Part shown: piece by piece, positions 1 through 10,526 of the stretch | How the letters are laid out: every line of letters starts with the position of its first letter | Position numbering within the stretch: the first letter of the stretch is position 1 | DNA from: an uncultured Methanoregulaceae archaeon | GTDB lineage: Archaea > Halobacteriota > Methanomicrobia > Methanomicrobiales > Methanospirillaceae | Direction of reading: 5' to 3' | NCBI GenBank assembly: GCA_963705255.1 | Contig: OY970061.1 | Span: 768,001-832,000 of the forward strand | DNA: 64,000 nucleotides | Notes under the pieces: generated by a model | The model's input: only the letters and a program-made list of their open reading frames with translations | Databases searched by the model: none | Told to the model about the DNA's origin: nothing | Translations under genes and position numbers: made by a program

Positions 1-1561
1 GCACCAGCTGGCCGTCAGGACGCTTCACTGCGCTCTGGATGATCACGAGGTTGAGGTTATCGACATAGGTCCTCGGGATATTGATGGGATCCCCGCACAG
101 GCGCTGGATCAGCTTCTCGACGGAAGCCGCGTGGAAGGTGCTCATGACCGGGTGGCCTGTCTGCATCGCGCCGAATGCCACGCTCCCCTCGACACCACGG
201 ATTTCACCGACAAGGATCTGGTTGGGGCGCTGACGCAGGGCTGCCTTGAGCAGATCGAACATGGTCACTTCTCCGCCTGCCGCAGCACCTCCCGATCCTT
301 CGCCTTTTCCCTTTGCAAGTGCAACTTCCCGGATCCAGTTCCGGTGAGGTACATTCAGCTCGGGTGTGTCTTCTATCGTGACAATCTTGTTTTCAGGAGG
401 GATGAATGCGGTAATTGCATTCAGGAGCGTGGTTTTTCCGCTTGCTGTCTCGCCGGAAACGAAGAGCGACATGCCGTATTCGACGCAGATCCAGATGTAC
501 GCCGCGGCCAGGTAATCGATACCGTTGCTTTCCACGATATTGAGGATGCTCAGGGGGACCTCGTTCACCTTACGGATGGAAAAGTTGCTGCCATGGCGAC
601 TGATGGCAGTTCCATAGACAATATTGATACGTGAACCATCCAGCAGTGTGGCATCAACAATGGGACTCCTGTAGGTGATTGGGCGTTTGATCCGTTCCGC
701 CATCTTGACGACGAACTCGTCCAGTTCGCTCGATACCTTGAATTCGATGACGGATTTTAACCCTTTGAAGATCTTATGTTCGATGAAGATCGGCCCGATA
801 CCGTCACAGGAGATATCTTCGATATAGGAGTCGGAGAGGAAGGGTTTGAGCACGCCCATATCGATCTTGTCCCGGATGAGCAGGTACTCGATCGCCTGGT
901 ACTCCTCGTTGGTCAGGATCACCTTCCCATCCGGGGTAAGCGGAACCTGGTGCTTCTTCTTGGTATCCTTCATCTTCTGCTTGGCAGTGAAGTCCGTGCT
1001 CAGGAAGGTCGTGATCTTCGACTTGATATCCTGCTGGCCGGCCCCGCTACCCATATACTGGGAGATATCCTTGTTTTTCTGCTTGATCACGGCGACCGAT
1101 GCCAGCATCTTCTTGATGACTTCCGCCCGTTCCTTGTCGCTGATCGGGTCCTCTTCGAGCCCGTCGATGAGGTCGATGAGCTTGGTCTCGATGACCGGGA
1201 GCATCTGGTTCACGCTGTGGAGGAACGACGGTTCGATGGGGATGTAGAAGTTCCTGACATCATCCGGGTCGGGAAGGATATGGACAAAGGTTGTCTCGTT
1301 CACCGGGTAGATGATGTTCGGGCTCTTCATGGAGCGGAGGTCTTTCTTGAGTTCGGAGAGGAAGAGGGGGATCCCGTACGTATTTACCGGGAATATGTGG
1401 AGGTATTCGAGAAGGTGCGGGCTGGCCTTCACGTACTCCTTGGCATTTGCCGGGAGCATTTTATACAGGGCGCTGGACTCGATATCGGTATAAAAATCAA
1501 TGTTGGAGTCCACCACCTCAGGTTTGAACGGCAGGTTTATGGCTACGGTCGGCGTGCCCAT
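1..1561 (-). CDS. flaI: Archaellum motor ATPase ArlI/FlaI (3' end runs off the window)
   Basis: Not in the ORF track because it is open at the edge. The minus strand reads MGTPTVAINLPFKPEV..., with Walker A GETASGKT, RQRPDQILVGEIRG and AMQTGHPVMSTFHA, typical of type II/IV secretion ATPases. It directly follows flaH. Confidence 0.93.
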   Translation of the reverse strand, partial: MGTPTVAINLPFKPEVVDSNIDFYTDIESSALYKMLPANAKEYVKASPHLLEYLHIFPVNTYGIPLFLSELKKDLRSMKSPNIIYPVNETTFVHILPDPDDVRNFYIPIEPSFLHSVNQMLPVIETKLIDLIDGLEEDPISDKERAEVIKKMLASVAVIKQKNKDISQYMGSGAGQQDIKSKITTFLSTDFTAKQKMKDTKKKHQVPLTPDGKVILTNEEYQAIEYLLIRDKIDMGVLKPFLSDSYIEDISCDGIGPIFIEHKIFKGLKSVIEFKVSSELDEFVVKMAERIKRPITYRSPIVDATLLDGSRINIVYGTAISRHGSNFSIRKVNEVPLSILNIVESNGIDYLAAAYIWICVEYGMSLFVSGETASGKTTLLNAITAFIPPENKIVTIEDTPELNVPHRNWIREVALAKGKGEGSGGAAAGGEVTMFDLLKAALRQRPNQILVGEIRGVEGSVAFGAMQTGHPVMSTFHAASVEKLIQRLCGDPINIPRTYVDNLNLVIIQSAVKRPDGQLV

Positions 1562-1562
1562 A

Positions 1563-2294
1563 TCAGACCCTCGCGAAACTCATCGGGATAACCTTCATGC
1601 CATATCCGGGATGGACTTCGAAACTGACAAGGTTTCCGGTTGTCTTGTGAGCACCCCGCACTTTGATAACTTCCATCACCATGACATATTTATCGCCGAC
1701 CAGGGCTTTTTTCATGTTGAGGTGTGCGTCACAGATGGACCGGATCCGGACGAGCGTATCCTCCTCGAACGCATAGGTATGGAGCGTGACAAGGATCGTC
1801 TTGCCATGGTCAACAAGGGACTTGCAGTTGGTGAAGAACGTAAGGATGGTGTCGGTCTTCGCATATTCCGTAAAGAGAGTGAGTGAATCGACAACGATGA
1901 CCTGCGACTTGCTCTTCTGGATGTGGGATATGAGATGGCTCAGTATCCCTTCCATCTCCTCTTTTTTCCATTCGAACCCGACGACGTGCAGGGGAAACAC
2001 TTTCAGGTATCCCCAGGCAAAATATTCGGAGATATCAAGGCTCATCGACTCCATCTGCTTGATGAAACTCTTGCTGGTGCTCTCCGTGGTAAAGAGATCG
2101 ACAGACAACCCCTGTTTCATGGCGCCCCAGATGATCTGCTGGGTGAGGACGCTCTTGCCCGTATCGTTCTCCCCTTCGATGAGCGTGAGCGATTCGAGCG
2201 GCAGGCCGTCAGCTATCTTCTTGTCCAGCTCGCTGTTGCCGGTGGAGATGATCTTCCGGTCCTCGCCCCCCATCAGGTCCGAAATGTTAGCCAC
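1563..2294 (-). CDS. flaH: Archaellum RecA/KaiC-like ATPase ArlH/FlaH
   Basis: STGNSELDKKIADGLP, GENDTGKS, IVVDSLT, RIRSICDAHL; lies between flaF and flaI. Confidence 0.93.
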   Translation of the reverse strand: MANISDLMGGEDRKIISTGNSELDKKIADGLPLESLTLIEGENDTGKSVLTQQIIWGAMKQGLSVDLFTTESTSKSFIKQMESMSLDISEYFAWGYLKVFPLHVVGFEWKKEEMEGILSHLISHIQKSKSQVIVVDSLTLFTEYAKTDTILTFFTNCKSLVDHGKTILVTLHTYAFEEDTLVRIRSICDAHLNMKKALVGDKYVMVMEVIKVRGAHKTTGNLVSFEVHPGYGMKVIPMSFARV

Positions 2295-2314
2295 AAAGAT
2301 CTCCTGCAGACAGA

Positions 2315-2800
2315 TTATACGATCGTGGAAGCATAAACCCCGTTATTCGTGCAAATCCCGACCCGGAACTGAAACGGTATTGATCCGGGATAGTACGCGT
2401 TCACATACATCGATTCGCCGGGGTCGAGTTCCCCGGGGTGAACATAGGCGTTGATGACGGATCCGCTCCATGAATAGGGTAACGTAGTGACGGTCGCGTT
2501 GTACAGGTATTCCGAGTAGCCGGCTCCCCCGACCGTGTACACGAAGACATCGGTATGGGGAAAATCAGAGATGGTCTCCGTACCGGTATTCGTGATGGTG
2601 AGGTTGATAACACTTCCGGAGACCGTTACATTGGTGATACTGAGATCGGTGTGGAGCCGGGACTCCTGGAGCAGGGTCATGTCTTTCTGGGCGTTCGAGA
2701 CCACCTCCGCTGCGTTGAGCACATTGCCGACAAGGAGGTAAGCGACAATGATGATCAACATTGTACCGATCGCGGTTCCGATAATCTCAGCAACGGCCAT
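2315..2800 (-). CDS. flaF: Archaellum stator protein ArlF/FlaF
   Basis: N-terminal TM helix, ITNTGTETI, LDPGE motif; operon position. Confidence 0.75.
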   Translation of the reverse strand: MAVAEIIGTAIGTMLIIIVAYLLVGNVLNAAEVVSNAQKDMTLLQESRLHTDLSITNVTVSGSVINLTITNTGTETISDFPHTDVFVYTVGGAGYSEYLYNATVTTLPYSWSGSVINAYVHPGELDPGESMYVNAYYPGSIPFQFRVGICTNNGVYASTIV

Positions 2801-2806
2801 GGCAGA

Positions 2807-3304
2807 TCAAGTCGAGGGGAACTGGCTCGACCGCGAGACACTGTTCGGGAGAATGAACTGGAAGTACATCATGGTTCCTGACCCCCACCCTTGTCCGTAA
2901 TTCGCATCAATCTCGAGCGTCTCACCGGGGTCCCAGTAATTGTTGTTGTTGAGATCGTAGAGCGTGTAGGTCCATTTTCCAGGCGAGGGGGGAGGGGGCA
3001 GGGTCAGGGTCAGATGTTGGACGTTCCCGACCGGGCCAAAGATGACGTCCGAACTCCCGATCTCACTTTTCGAGACCGCCTGGCTGCCGACATTCTTCAC
3101 GAACACCTGCGCAGTCCCCGTGGGACTGGCGAACGTGGCCACGATAACAAAATCGGTACGGAGCCGGACGTCTGTAGCATGCGTGGACGATGAGAAAGTT
3201 CCTGCCATCTGGTAAACGACCGGGAAGATCGCGTTGATGAGCACCGCTGCTGCTACGACAGCAGTTATCAGGAAAATTGCGGTGGTGAATGTGTCCGCAG
3301 ACAT
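2807..3304 (-). CDS. flaG: Archaellum protein ArlG/FlaG
   Basis: Archaellin-like N-terminal hydrophobic helix, FVKNVGS, WDPGETL. Confidence 0.8.
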   Translation of the reverse strand: MSADTFTTAIFLITAVVAAAVLINAIFPVVYQMAGTFSSSTHATDVRLRTDFVIVATFASPTGTAQVFVKNVGSQAVSKSEIGSSDVIFGPVGNVQHLTLTLPPPPSPGKWTYTLYDLNNNNYWDPGETLEIDANYGQGWGSGTMMYFQFILPNSVSRSSQFPST

Positions 3305-3307
3305 CGG

Positions 3308-4246
3308 TTAGATCCTGTCGGGAAGATTCATCCACTCTTCGTCTTTCTCTTTCTCGCTTGACTTCTTATCCCGTGCAGGAATGCCGGAGAGGTCGATCTT
3401 CTCTTCGCGCCTCCCGTTCTTTGTCGCCGGGCCCTGCTGCCGCTGCTCCATCATGACCTCGATCATGTCCCGGTCGAGTGACGTGTCGTTCGGCACGAGA
3501 ATGCGGTTCAGGGAATAGAGTTCGGCGACAAACTCGTCGGGGCCCACCTCGTGCTCTTCGCCAAGATTGGCCGGCATAAGCCGGGAAATCTCCCGGATCT
3601 CATCGGAGGATTCTTTCGAGATGTAGCCCATCACCCGGTACGATTCGAGGATGATCTCGAGCCGGTCGTGCCCGTATTTTTTCACCGACTCGTGGGTCCA
3701 CTTGAAGAGTTTGTACACCTTCTGGAGCCGGAGTTTTTCACTTGCAGGGGTCTGGACGAGAGGGGTATTCTTTGACAGAGCCCCCATCTGGGATCTCAGG
3801 GCGGCAAACATCTGCTCGTCCAGCATCTTTCTTTCCTCGTTCGCTGGCGGTGTCACCGCTGGCGCGGCCTGCGGGGAGATCGGTTCTGCCTTTACCGGCT
3901 TTGGCGGCGGGGTCTCGTTCCTGGACTCGGTCTCCATCTTTGCCTGCTCTGCCTCCATCTGGGATTCCCGTGCATCGAGCGCAGCTTCACGGGCCTCGAG
4001 TGCCGATTTTCTGGCTTCACCAGCATCTGTTGATAGAGACTCCGCTCCTGCTCCCGGACTGCCCGATGCTGTAAGGGAGAGGGGGTTCTGCATCTCGTTC
4101 ATCCGTTCCCGTATGTCCATCAGAAGACGTTTGATGGAAGTCTTGATGAGGTCCACCTCGCGCTCGAGATTCTGGAGCTTGACCTCGGGATCGTCCTCAG
4201 ATGCGGCAGTAATAATATGGTCGACCTGAGACTGGTTTACCGCCAT
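3308..4246 (-). CDS. ArlC/D/E-like archaellum switch protein
   Basis: N-terminal coiled coil, Pro-rich linker, C-terminal W..ESVKKYG....ILESYRVMGYIS FlaD/E-like domain; between archaellins and flaG. Confidence 0.65.
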   Translation of the reverse strand: MAVNQSQVDHIITAASEDDPEVKLQNLEREVDLIKTSIKRLLMDIRERMNEMQNPLSLTASGSPGAGAESLSTDAGEARKSALEAREAALDARESQMEAEQAKMETESRNETPPPKPVKAEPISPQAAPAVTPPANEERKMLDEQMFAALRSQMGALSKNTPLVQTPASEKLRLQKVYKLFKWTHESVKKYGHDRLEIILESYRVMGYISKESSDEIREISRLMPANLGEEHEVGPDEFVAELYSLNRILVPNDTSLDRDMIEVMMEQRQQGPATKNGRREEKIDLSGIPARDKKSSEKEKDEEWMNLPDRI

Positions 4247-4635
4247 AAGGTATCTATTCGTTATATTACATTTTTAACTAATAAACATTCTTGTACTGAA
4301 ATACGCGGAAATCGGGATGGAGCTAAAAAATATCGCGGATATTCAGAGGTTTCAGATACCCGTTCCTCTGCAGCATGCATCTCCTCCTCAACCGGATCAG
4401 GAATAAACCTGAAACAGGTTCTGATCTGAGGTGCCGGGCAGAATTCATTACCAGTTCTGACCCGTGCGTGCCCGGATTTTCCAGTGATCCGGCATTCCAC
4501 TGAAGGATGTCAACGGTATCAATACTGACGGAGAGATAAAAACCATGTATCAAAGAACTGCGAGATTGTATTTTTGTTCCTGATGTGCAGACGATGGACC
4601 CGGGCAATCCGGATTTCCCGGAAAATAAAAAAAGA

Positions 4636-5250
4636 TTAATAGAGGACGTTTACAGAATCGATTGCCGCAGGAGCGGTCCGTTGAATACTGAATGCTGCAC
4701 CGACCGACGGCCTGACTTCAATGGTAAACTGGTCGTTTGCAATAATTTGGTTAGTCGGTTCGCAACTGATGGTGAACTGCTCGTTTGGCTGAAGCAGCGG
4801 TGAGGCGGTAACAGAGTTACCGTTCGGCGCATTCTGGATCTCGGTAATTGCCCACCCACCAGTACCTGGGTTGGTTTATCGGTACTAGAGCTCGATATCC
4901 GGCGCCGTCAACGTTTCCAGGGTGGTTGCATTACTGAGAACAAAAACCATTTTTGAGAAGTCGATTGGTGTTCCGCCGGGGGCTAATCCCATGCTGAAGT
5001 TGACATACGTAATCGTGTCGCTGACAGTTCCGGTGCCGGAACCTGTGCCATACACGTTCCCGACAATCTCCAGGGTCGAACTTGACTGTTCAACGCTGGT
5101 ATGCACAGTCTGCTGTGCTTTCTGGGTCGTGAAAAATCCGGCGCCGAGCACCACGTATGAGAAACCGGCAGCGACAACAACGAATGCGATCAGCACGATC
5201 GCTGCCTCGAGGCCGGTAAAACCATCTTCGCAGGCTGGAACAGAATCCAC
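4636..5250 (-). CDS. flaB: Archaellin copy 2, interrupted at 4875-4900 (in-frame TAG and TAA)
   Basis: GFTGLEAAIVLIAFVVVAA... is nearly identical to copy 1, and the frame resumes as GGWAITEIQN...VNVLY*. Removing three single-base insertions within about 30 nt gives TAPISSSTINQPGTGGW, which aligns to copy 1. Either a pseudogene or sequencing error. Confidence 0.85.
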
Positions 5251-5307
5251 GGGTCATCCCCCTGTGTGTCCTATGTCAACGGAGTTGTATCTCAGCGATT
5301 AAGGAAT

Positions 5308-5324
5308 AATTGCATATAAATTTA
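5308..5324 (-). promoter_or_regulatory. Putative TATA box for archaellin copy 2 (TTTATATGCAAT); similar boxes near 6322-6333 and 7126-7137
   Basis: Related AT-rich motifs sit about 60-75 nt upstream of each of the three full-length archaellin copies. Confidence 0.5.
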
Positions 5325-5399
5325 TGCGAAACGGCCTCCTCATTTCATACGGACGGTAGGTACAGACCAACCGGTGCTGCCGTGCTCTCATGGTATAGT

Positions 5400-5590
5400 A
5401 CGTGTCGTTGCACATCGGTTCCAGGAGAGATCAACTCTGTTGCATTTCTGGAGATTATCACGGCCTTGTCAAAGCCGGCCGCTCTCCTGCCGGGAGCCGC
5501 CCTGGCGCTGAAGGAGGCAAAAGACGGGTCCGGGTTGTACCTGGAGATGTCCCAAAGACACAATGGCGATCTCCGGACGTGAGCGTGTTC
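5400..5590 (-). pseudogene. Highly decayed internal archaellin fragment
   Basis: FASFSARAAPGRRAAGFDKAVIISRNATEL aligns by eye to archaellin YVNFSMGLAPGGTPIDFSKMVFVLSNATTL. Confidence 0.5.
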
Positions 5591-5644
5591 GCACAGACGA
5601 TGGACCCGGGCAATCCGGATTCCACGAACAGATTAAAAAAAAGG

Positions 5645-6256
5645 TTAGTAGAGGACGTTCACCGCATTGATTGCCGCAGGAGCGGTCCGTGAAATACTGA
5701 ATGCTGCGCCGACTGACGGCCTGACTTCAATGGAAAACACATCGTTTTCCTGAATGGCATTGGTCGGTTCGCAACTGATGGTGAACTGCTCGTTTGGCTG
5801 GAGCAGCGGTGATGCGGTACTGGCATCACCGTTCGGCGAATTCTGGATCTCGGTAATTGCCCACCCACCAGTAGCGGGTTGCTGTATCGTCCCACTGGTC
5901 ATGGTCGGCGGCGCCAAGGTTTCCAGGGTGCTTGAATTACTGTAAACCATGACCACTTTTGAGAAGTCGATCGGTGTTCCGCCGGGGGCTAATCCCATGC
6001 TGAAGTTGACATACGTAATCGTGTCGCCGACAGCTCCGGTGCCGGAACCCGTACCATATACGTTCCCGACAATCTCCAGGGTCGAACTCGACTGTTCAAC
6101 ACTGGTGTGCACGGTCTGCTGTGCCTTCTGGGTCGTGAAGAACCCGGCACCCAATACTACATAGGAGAACACCGCCGCAACGACAACGAATGCGATCAGC
6201 ACAATCGCTGCCTCGAGGCCGGTGAATCCCTCGTCATCTGATCTGAACGATTTCAT
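5645..6256 (-). CDS. flaB: Archaellin copy 1, intact
   Basis: Class III signal peptide MKSFRSDDEG/FTGLEAAIVLIAFVVVAAVFSY; GAGGTGA RBS; followed by a T-run terminator. Confidence 0.96.
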   Translation of the reverse strand: MKSFRSDDEGFTGLEAAIVLIAFVVVAAVFSYVVLGAGFFTTQKAQQTVHTSVEQSSSTLEIVGNVYGTGSGTGAVGDTITYVNFSMGLAPGGTPIDFSKVVMVYSNSSTLETLAPPTMTSGTIQQPATGGWAITEIQNSPNGDASTASPLLQPNEQFTISCEPTNAIQENDVFSIEVRPSVGAAFSISRTAPAAINAVNVLY

Positions 6257-6492
6257 AAATTCACCTCTATAATTCATAGACGCCAGCAGAATCTAACGTC
6301 TACATGTGATTAAAGAATCTTATTGCATAAATAGTTTGCTACAAAAAATTCGGATAATTATTTCATTCCAGAAATTTTGCTGTAAAAAAATTCCCATATT
6401 CCGCGATCTGGTATACCAGAACGACCGGAATTCCATAACTGTCCAATAACAGCACGATACTTGATTTAACGTTCTGAAAGAAGAGAAAATTC

Positions 6493-7066
6493 TCATAGGA
6501 TAGCACCCCCGTGGATTTCTGCCGGGGCGGTACGTGAGATCCCCGGCTGCACCCGATAGCCGGTCTGATTTCAAGGCCGGACGGGTCGTTTTGTAGACCC
6601 TACCGGTAATTCCTCCTGCACTGCCCGGAACGGTCCGCCACTTTCAAAGAGGCAATTTCGATTTCCTTCCCGGTTCGGCACAGCAGCGATCCTCGACTCC
6701 CCGGCATCTGCAGAGATCCATGAACAGTGGCAGCCGGGGCAGGGGTTTCCAGATGCATGCGCGTTGGTAACGACAAGCGTTCAAAACCGGCTGCAATCCC
6801 GCACGGAGCTAACCCGGAGCTGAAATTCCGGGTTTTGATTGGGTCATCAGCCTGTCCGGTCCCTCGACGCTACCGGCGCCCTCCGGGGCTCAGCCGGCCT
6901 GCCCTCTACCCGAGTGCATGACTTTCCGGCTCTTGCTGGTCGTGAAGAGAACCAGCGCCGCGCACCAGGTACAAGAACCCCGGCGCAACGACAACGGATG
7001 CGATCAGCACGATCGCGACCCCAATGACGATAAATTCTTCATCCTGGTTTCTGAATACGCTGACAA
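6493..7066 (-). pseudogene. Full-length decayed archaellin gene
   Basis: The minus strand keeps ggtgaatt (RBS), gcgatcgtgctgatcgcatccgttgtcgttgcg (AIVLIASVVVA), a NFSSGLAP tract, a ctggaaacc tract and a 3' LEIRPAIG...SRTAPAEI tract, with many indels and substitutions. Confidence 0.8.
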
Positions 7067-7301
7067 TTCACCTGACGGTATCCGCGGACGCCAGTATGCA
7101 CAGATGTCCATTAAATGTAAAAAACATGCGTATATATTCAACATTTTTTAAAATCTGAAAATATAGATAGGGAGGTAATGTAATATTTCCCCTTTATACA
7201 CGTCAGGAACTGAATTGTTAATTACCATCAAACAAAACATAAGAGAATGGATAGTAAAACAAGAATTTATGTAGAGAAAACGAACAGGTTACTTACATCT
7301 G

Positions 7302-8174
7302 ATGGATAAAAAAGACATTCTGTATGGTATAATCGCCCTTGCGATTATACTGGTCATTGCCCTTGTTGTCAAACCATTAGCCACCGGCCATCCTGTCAAT
7401 ATGGGAATTCCTGTGCCGACCACACCGGTTCCCCAGTCCACGCAGGCAGTCCCGCTCCAGAATTACAGTCAGGTCAGGCAGGTGGTCGTCTTTTCTACCA
7501 CCGTCCCGACGCCGACCCCGGTCCCGACCTGGAATTCGACGGTTGTCCAGGGAAATTTTGTCAGTCCTTCGACGTATGGAGTTACGTTCAACCAGTCCAT
7601 TTCCCATGGTACAAGGGTCCCAAGTATACCGCAAAATTCGAGTATGATTACCTATGCCAACATATCCGGTCAGTTGAGTGGCACATCCAGTATCATGTAT
7701 ATCCCGTTCCCTTACTGGGAACTCTGGTACACGGTTGATCCGTATCCGGACCAGACACCTCCAACAATAAAGATTGTACCGACAATGGGTGTAGGGATCT
7801 CATACAGCGGGATATCCGGTTCGTATTCAACACTAAATCCCCAGTTTACCATCCAGGTAATGGATGGGAATGACCCCAACCGCATCGTCAGGACAATCTC
7901 CCCCCCGGGGGGAATTAACCTGGATTTATGGACCGGCGTGTATAAAAAACCCCAAGCTGTATCGACCGCTCCCGCGGCGATCTGGACGCCGGTGGTACAA
8001 ACCAATATCAAATACCAGACTCAACCTACCCCTCCTCCTGCATACGACCCGAGGCCGTGGGTTGAGAAGTTTTTCGAAGGACAGAGAGATTATTATTTCA
8101 TCATCACTGCACAGTCTCTGCAATCCTATTCCATCCAGATCCGTGTGCCGACATCCTATATCGGGAAATACTGA
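7302..8174 (+). CDS. Hypothetical membrane-anchored Pro/Thr-rich surface protein
   Basis: 290-aa ORF, N-terminal TM helix, PT-rich linker, several N-X-S/T sequons. Confidence 0.75.
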   Translation: MDKKDILYGIIALAIILVIALVVKPLATGHPVNMGIPVPTTPVPQSTQAVPLQNYSQVRQVVVFSTTVPTPTPVPTWNSTVVQGNFVSPSTYGVTFNQSISHGTRVPSIPQNSSMITYANISGQLSGTSSIMYIPFPYWELWYTVDPYPDQTPPTIKIVPTMGVGISYSGISGSYSTLNPQFTIQVMDGNDPNRIVRTISPPGGINLDLWTGVYKKPQAVSTAPAAIWTPVVQTNIKYQTQPTPPPAYDPRPWVEKFFEGQRDYYFIITAQSLQSYSIQIRVPTSYIGKY

Positions 8175-8314
8175 TTGCGCACCGTTTTTTGCTGGAGCGG
8201 GGGGACGACCGATCCCGGATGTCAGGTGAATATCTCTGCAGATTCACGTGATGAACCCCGGATGGGGAACAACCTCGATTGAAAAAGGGTAAGTGATCCG
8301 GTATCTGAAAAAAC

Positions 8315-8692
8315 TTAATCGAATTTTTTCTTGCCCATGGATTCGATATACATGAACTCTTTTCCGACTTCTATCACATTCTTCTTGTCTTCGGGGATGA
8401 CGATCTCGAAGTTTGAATAGTCCTTCATGTCCATGACCTGGGCCATATTCCCTGCAATCGAAAGGACCTGCCCGCTCTTGCGTTCGACCACCGGAATATA
8501 CGTCTTTGCCGAGACCGGCTGGACAATGGACCGTTTGACACCGTCAAAAATCCCCACGGCATCGATCCGGGCTTTTGCTGCCCCATGCTTGCCGGGTTTC
8601 GACGTGGCAATCCCTACCACCTTGCAGGGTTCATCCTCGATAACGATATAGCGGCCTTCCTTGATCTTCCCGATCTCTGTCTGTTCTTTCAT
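8315..8692 (-). CDS. eif5a: Translation factor aIF-5A
   Basis: Hypusination motif SKPGKHGAAK. Confidence 0.97.
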   Translation of the reverse strand: MKEQTEIGKIKEGRYIVIEDEPCKVVGIATSKPGKHGAAKARIDAVGIFDGVKRSIVQPVSAKTYIPVVERKSGQVLSIAGNMAQVMDMKDYSNFEIVIPEDKKNVIEVGKEFMYIESMGKKKFD

Positions 8693-8791
8693 TCCGTTCT
8701 CACCTTAAATGCCATCATATGGTAAACGCGTTAGTAATTTATCTCTATTGCATTACATAAATACAGCGTTGATAAACGAACCGCGGATGTC

Positions 8792-9574
8792 ATGACCATG
8801 GATTTTTTTTCTGCATGTGACCAGATGGCCGAACTGGTGGAAGAGAATATCCGGGACCTCGTCGGCAACCCCCGGGGCGGGGAGACGCTGAAGATCGGTG
8901 CAGACCTGACCCCGACGAAGGTGATCGACCAGGTTGCTGAGGACCAGGTCATCGGTTTCCTGCGGGAGAATCCCCTTTGTTCGCTCCTCATCAGCGAAGA
9001 AGCAGGCAAAGTGGAGTTTGACGGCGATGAAGGAACCCTGTTTCTTGATCCTGTCGATGGTACGTTCAATGCCGTGGCCGGGATCCCGTTTTATGCGCTC
9101 TCCATCGCATATGGCCATGGGAGTACCATCCAGAAAGCGTTCGTCCGGAACCTCTCAAGCGGAGAGACGTTCACTGCGGAAAAAGGAAGATATGCGCGTT
9201 GTGACGACAAGCCTATCCGGGTATCGGACGTCTCCAGTCTCGATGCCTGTGCCATGAGCGTCTATGGCAGGAAATTTGACCCGACCCGGGTGATGCAGCT
9301 CGGCCAGAAGATCCGGCGCTGGCGCCTTCTCGGGGCATCGGCGCTCGAACTCTGTTACGTAGGGTGCGGGAGAATCGACGGGTTCATCGATCTCCGCGGG
9401 ACGCTGAGGGTCACGGATGCCGCAGCCGGCATGCTCGTCTGTACTGAAGCGGGCGGCAAGGTCACGGATCTCAACGGGAAGGCGATTCGCTTCCCCAATG
9501 AAGTCACGGTCGGCCGCTGCATCGTCGCTACCAACGGGGTTCTCCACCACAAAGTAGTCGAATATCTGAGGTGA
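8792..9574 (+). CDS. suhB: Bifunctional fructose-1,6-bisphosphatase/inositol monophosphatase
   Basis: [29 protein letters not shown] motifs. Confidence 0.9.
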   Translation: MTMDFFSACDQMAELVEENIRDLVGNPRGGETLKIGADLTPTKVIDQVAEDQVIGFLRENPLCSLLISEEAGKVEFDGDEGTLFLDPVDGTFNAVAGIPFYALSIAYGHGSTIQKAFVRNLSSGETFTAEKGRYARCDDKPIRVSDVSSLDACAMSVYGRKFDPTRVMQLGQKIRRWRLLGASALELCYVGCGRIDGFIDLRGTLRVTDAAAGMLVCTEAGGKVTDLNGKAIRFPNEVTVGRCIVATNGVLHHKVVEYLR

Positions 9575-9578
9575 TGCC

Positions 9579-10392
9579 ATGAAGGTGCTCATCGTTTCAC
9601 GGATTGACAACCGGGATGCGCTTGCATTTGCCGGAAAGATACAGTCTGTCCTGGAAAAGGAAGGATGCGATGCCCTGTTTGACCAGGATACTGCAGCTGC
9701 CCTGGGGACCGGGGGAAGATCCCTTGCCAGTACGGATGCAGATGCAGTCATTGTCGTCGGGGGGGACGGCACCATCCTGCGGACGATCCAGGAGATGCAC
9801 CGGCCTGCACCGGTCCTCGGGATAAACTGGGGGGAGGTCGGGTTCCTTGCAGACCTCGAACCCTCTGAAGCCATCGCGTTCGTCCGGAAGCTTCCGGGGG
9901 GTTTTACCGTCGAGGAGCGGATGAGGATCTCGCTGATAAAAGACGGCGACTGCCTCGGCGTTGCGTTGAATGAAGCCCTGATAGTCACGACCCGGCCTGC
10001 AAAGATGCTGCGGTTCTCGATCGATGTTGACGGGATGACGGCCGAGGAGTTCCGGGCCGATGGCCTGTTGATCAGCACGCCCACCGGTTCGACCGCCTAC
10101 GCGATGAGCGCCGGGGGACCCATTATCGATCCCCGGATCCAGGGCTTTCTTCTCGTACCCCTGGCACCGTACATGCTCTCGTCCCGCCCCCACCTCATAA
10201 GCAGTGACCGGAGTCCTCCGGGTACGGCTTGAGAGTACCAAGCCCGCAAACCTGGTGATAGACGGGCAGCAGACCATTGAACTGGGAACATCGAGTACCA
10301 TCGAAGTGAGGAGGTCCGACCATCCCGCCCGGTTTGTTGATGTGCAGCGGAACTTCTTTGAGAAGGTGGACAACAAACTTCGCAAGCTGTAA
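9579..10392 (+). CDS. nadK: NAD(+) kinase (single +1 frameshift near 10217, probably sequencing error)
   Basis: [32 protein letters not shown]; C-terminus continues in ORF 10204..10392. Confidence 0.92.
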
Positions 10393-10526
10393 ATGCCAGG
10401 CCGGTCTCCCGACCGTTCCGGCAGGGGACCGCCGATGCCTGTTTTTGCAAAACCCTGGCTGCCCGGCAGACGAGCGGTATATCCATTATCAAAATAGAAG
10501 GCTTATCTTGAAAGCCGATCTACTAC

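Noticed and set aside
4876-4887. Pyrrolysine or stop-codon readthrough in archaellin copy 2
   Set aside because: The TAG is followed three codons later by TAA, and the patch is better explained by three +1 indels.
4636-6256. Diversity-generating retroelement TR/VR pair (archaellin twins, or 60828-61010 vs 61844-62030)
   Set aside because: Differences are not adenine-specific, and no reverse transcriptase is present in the window.
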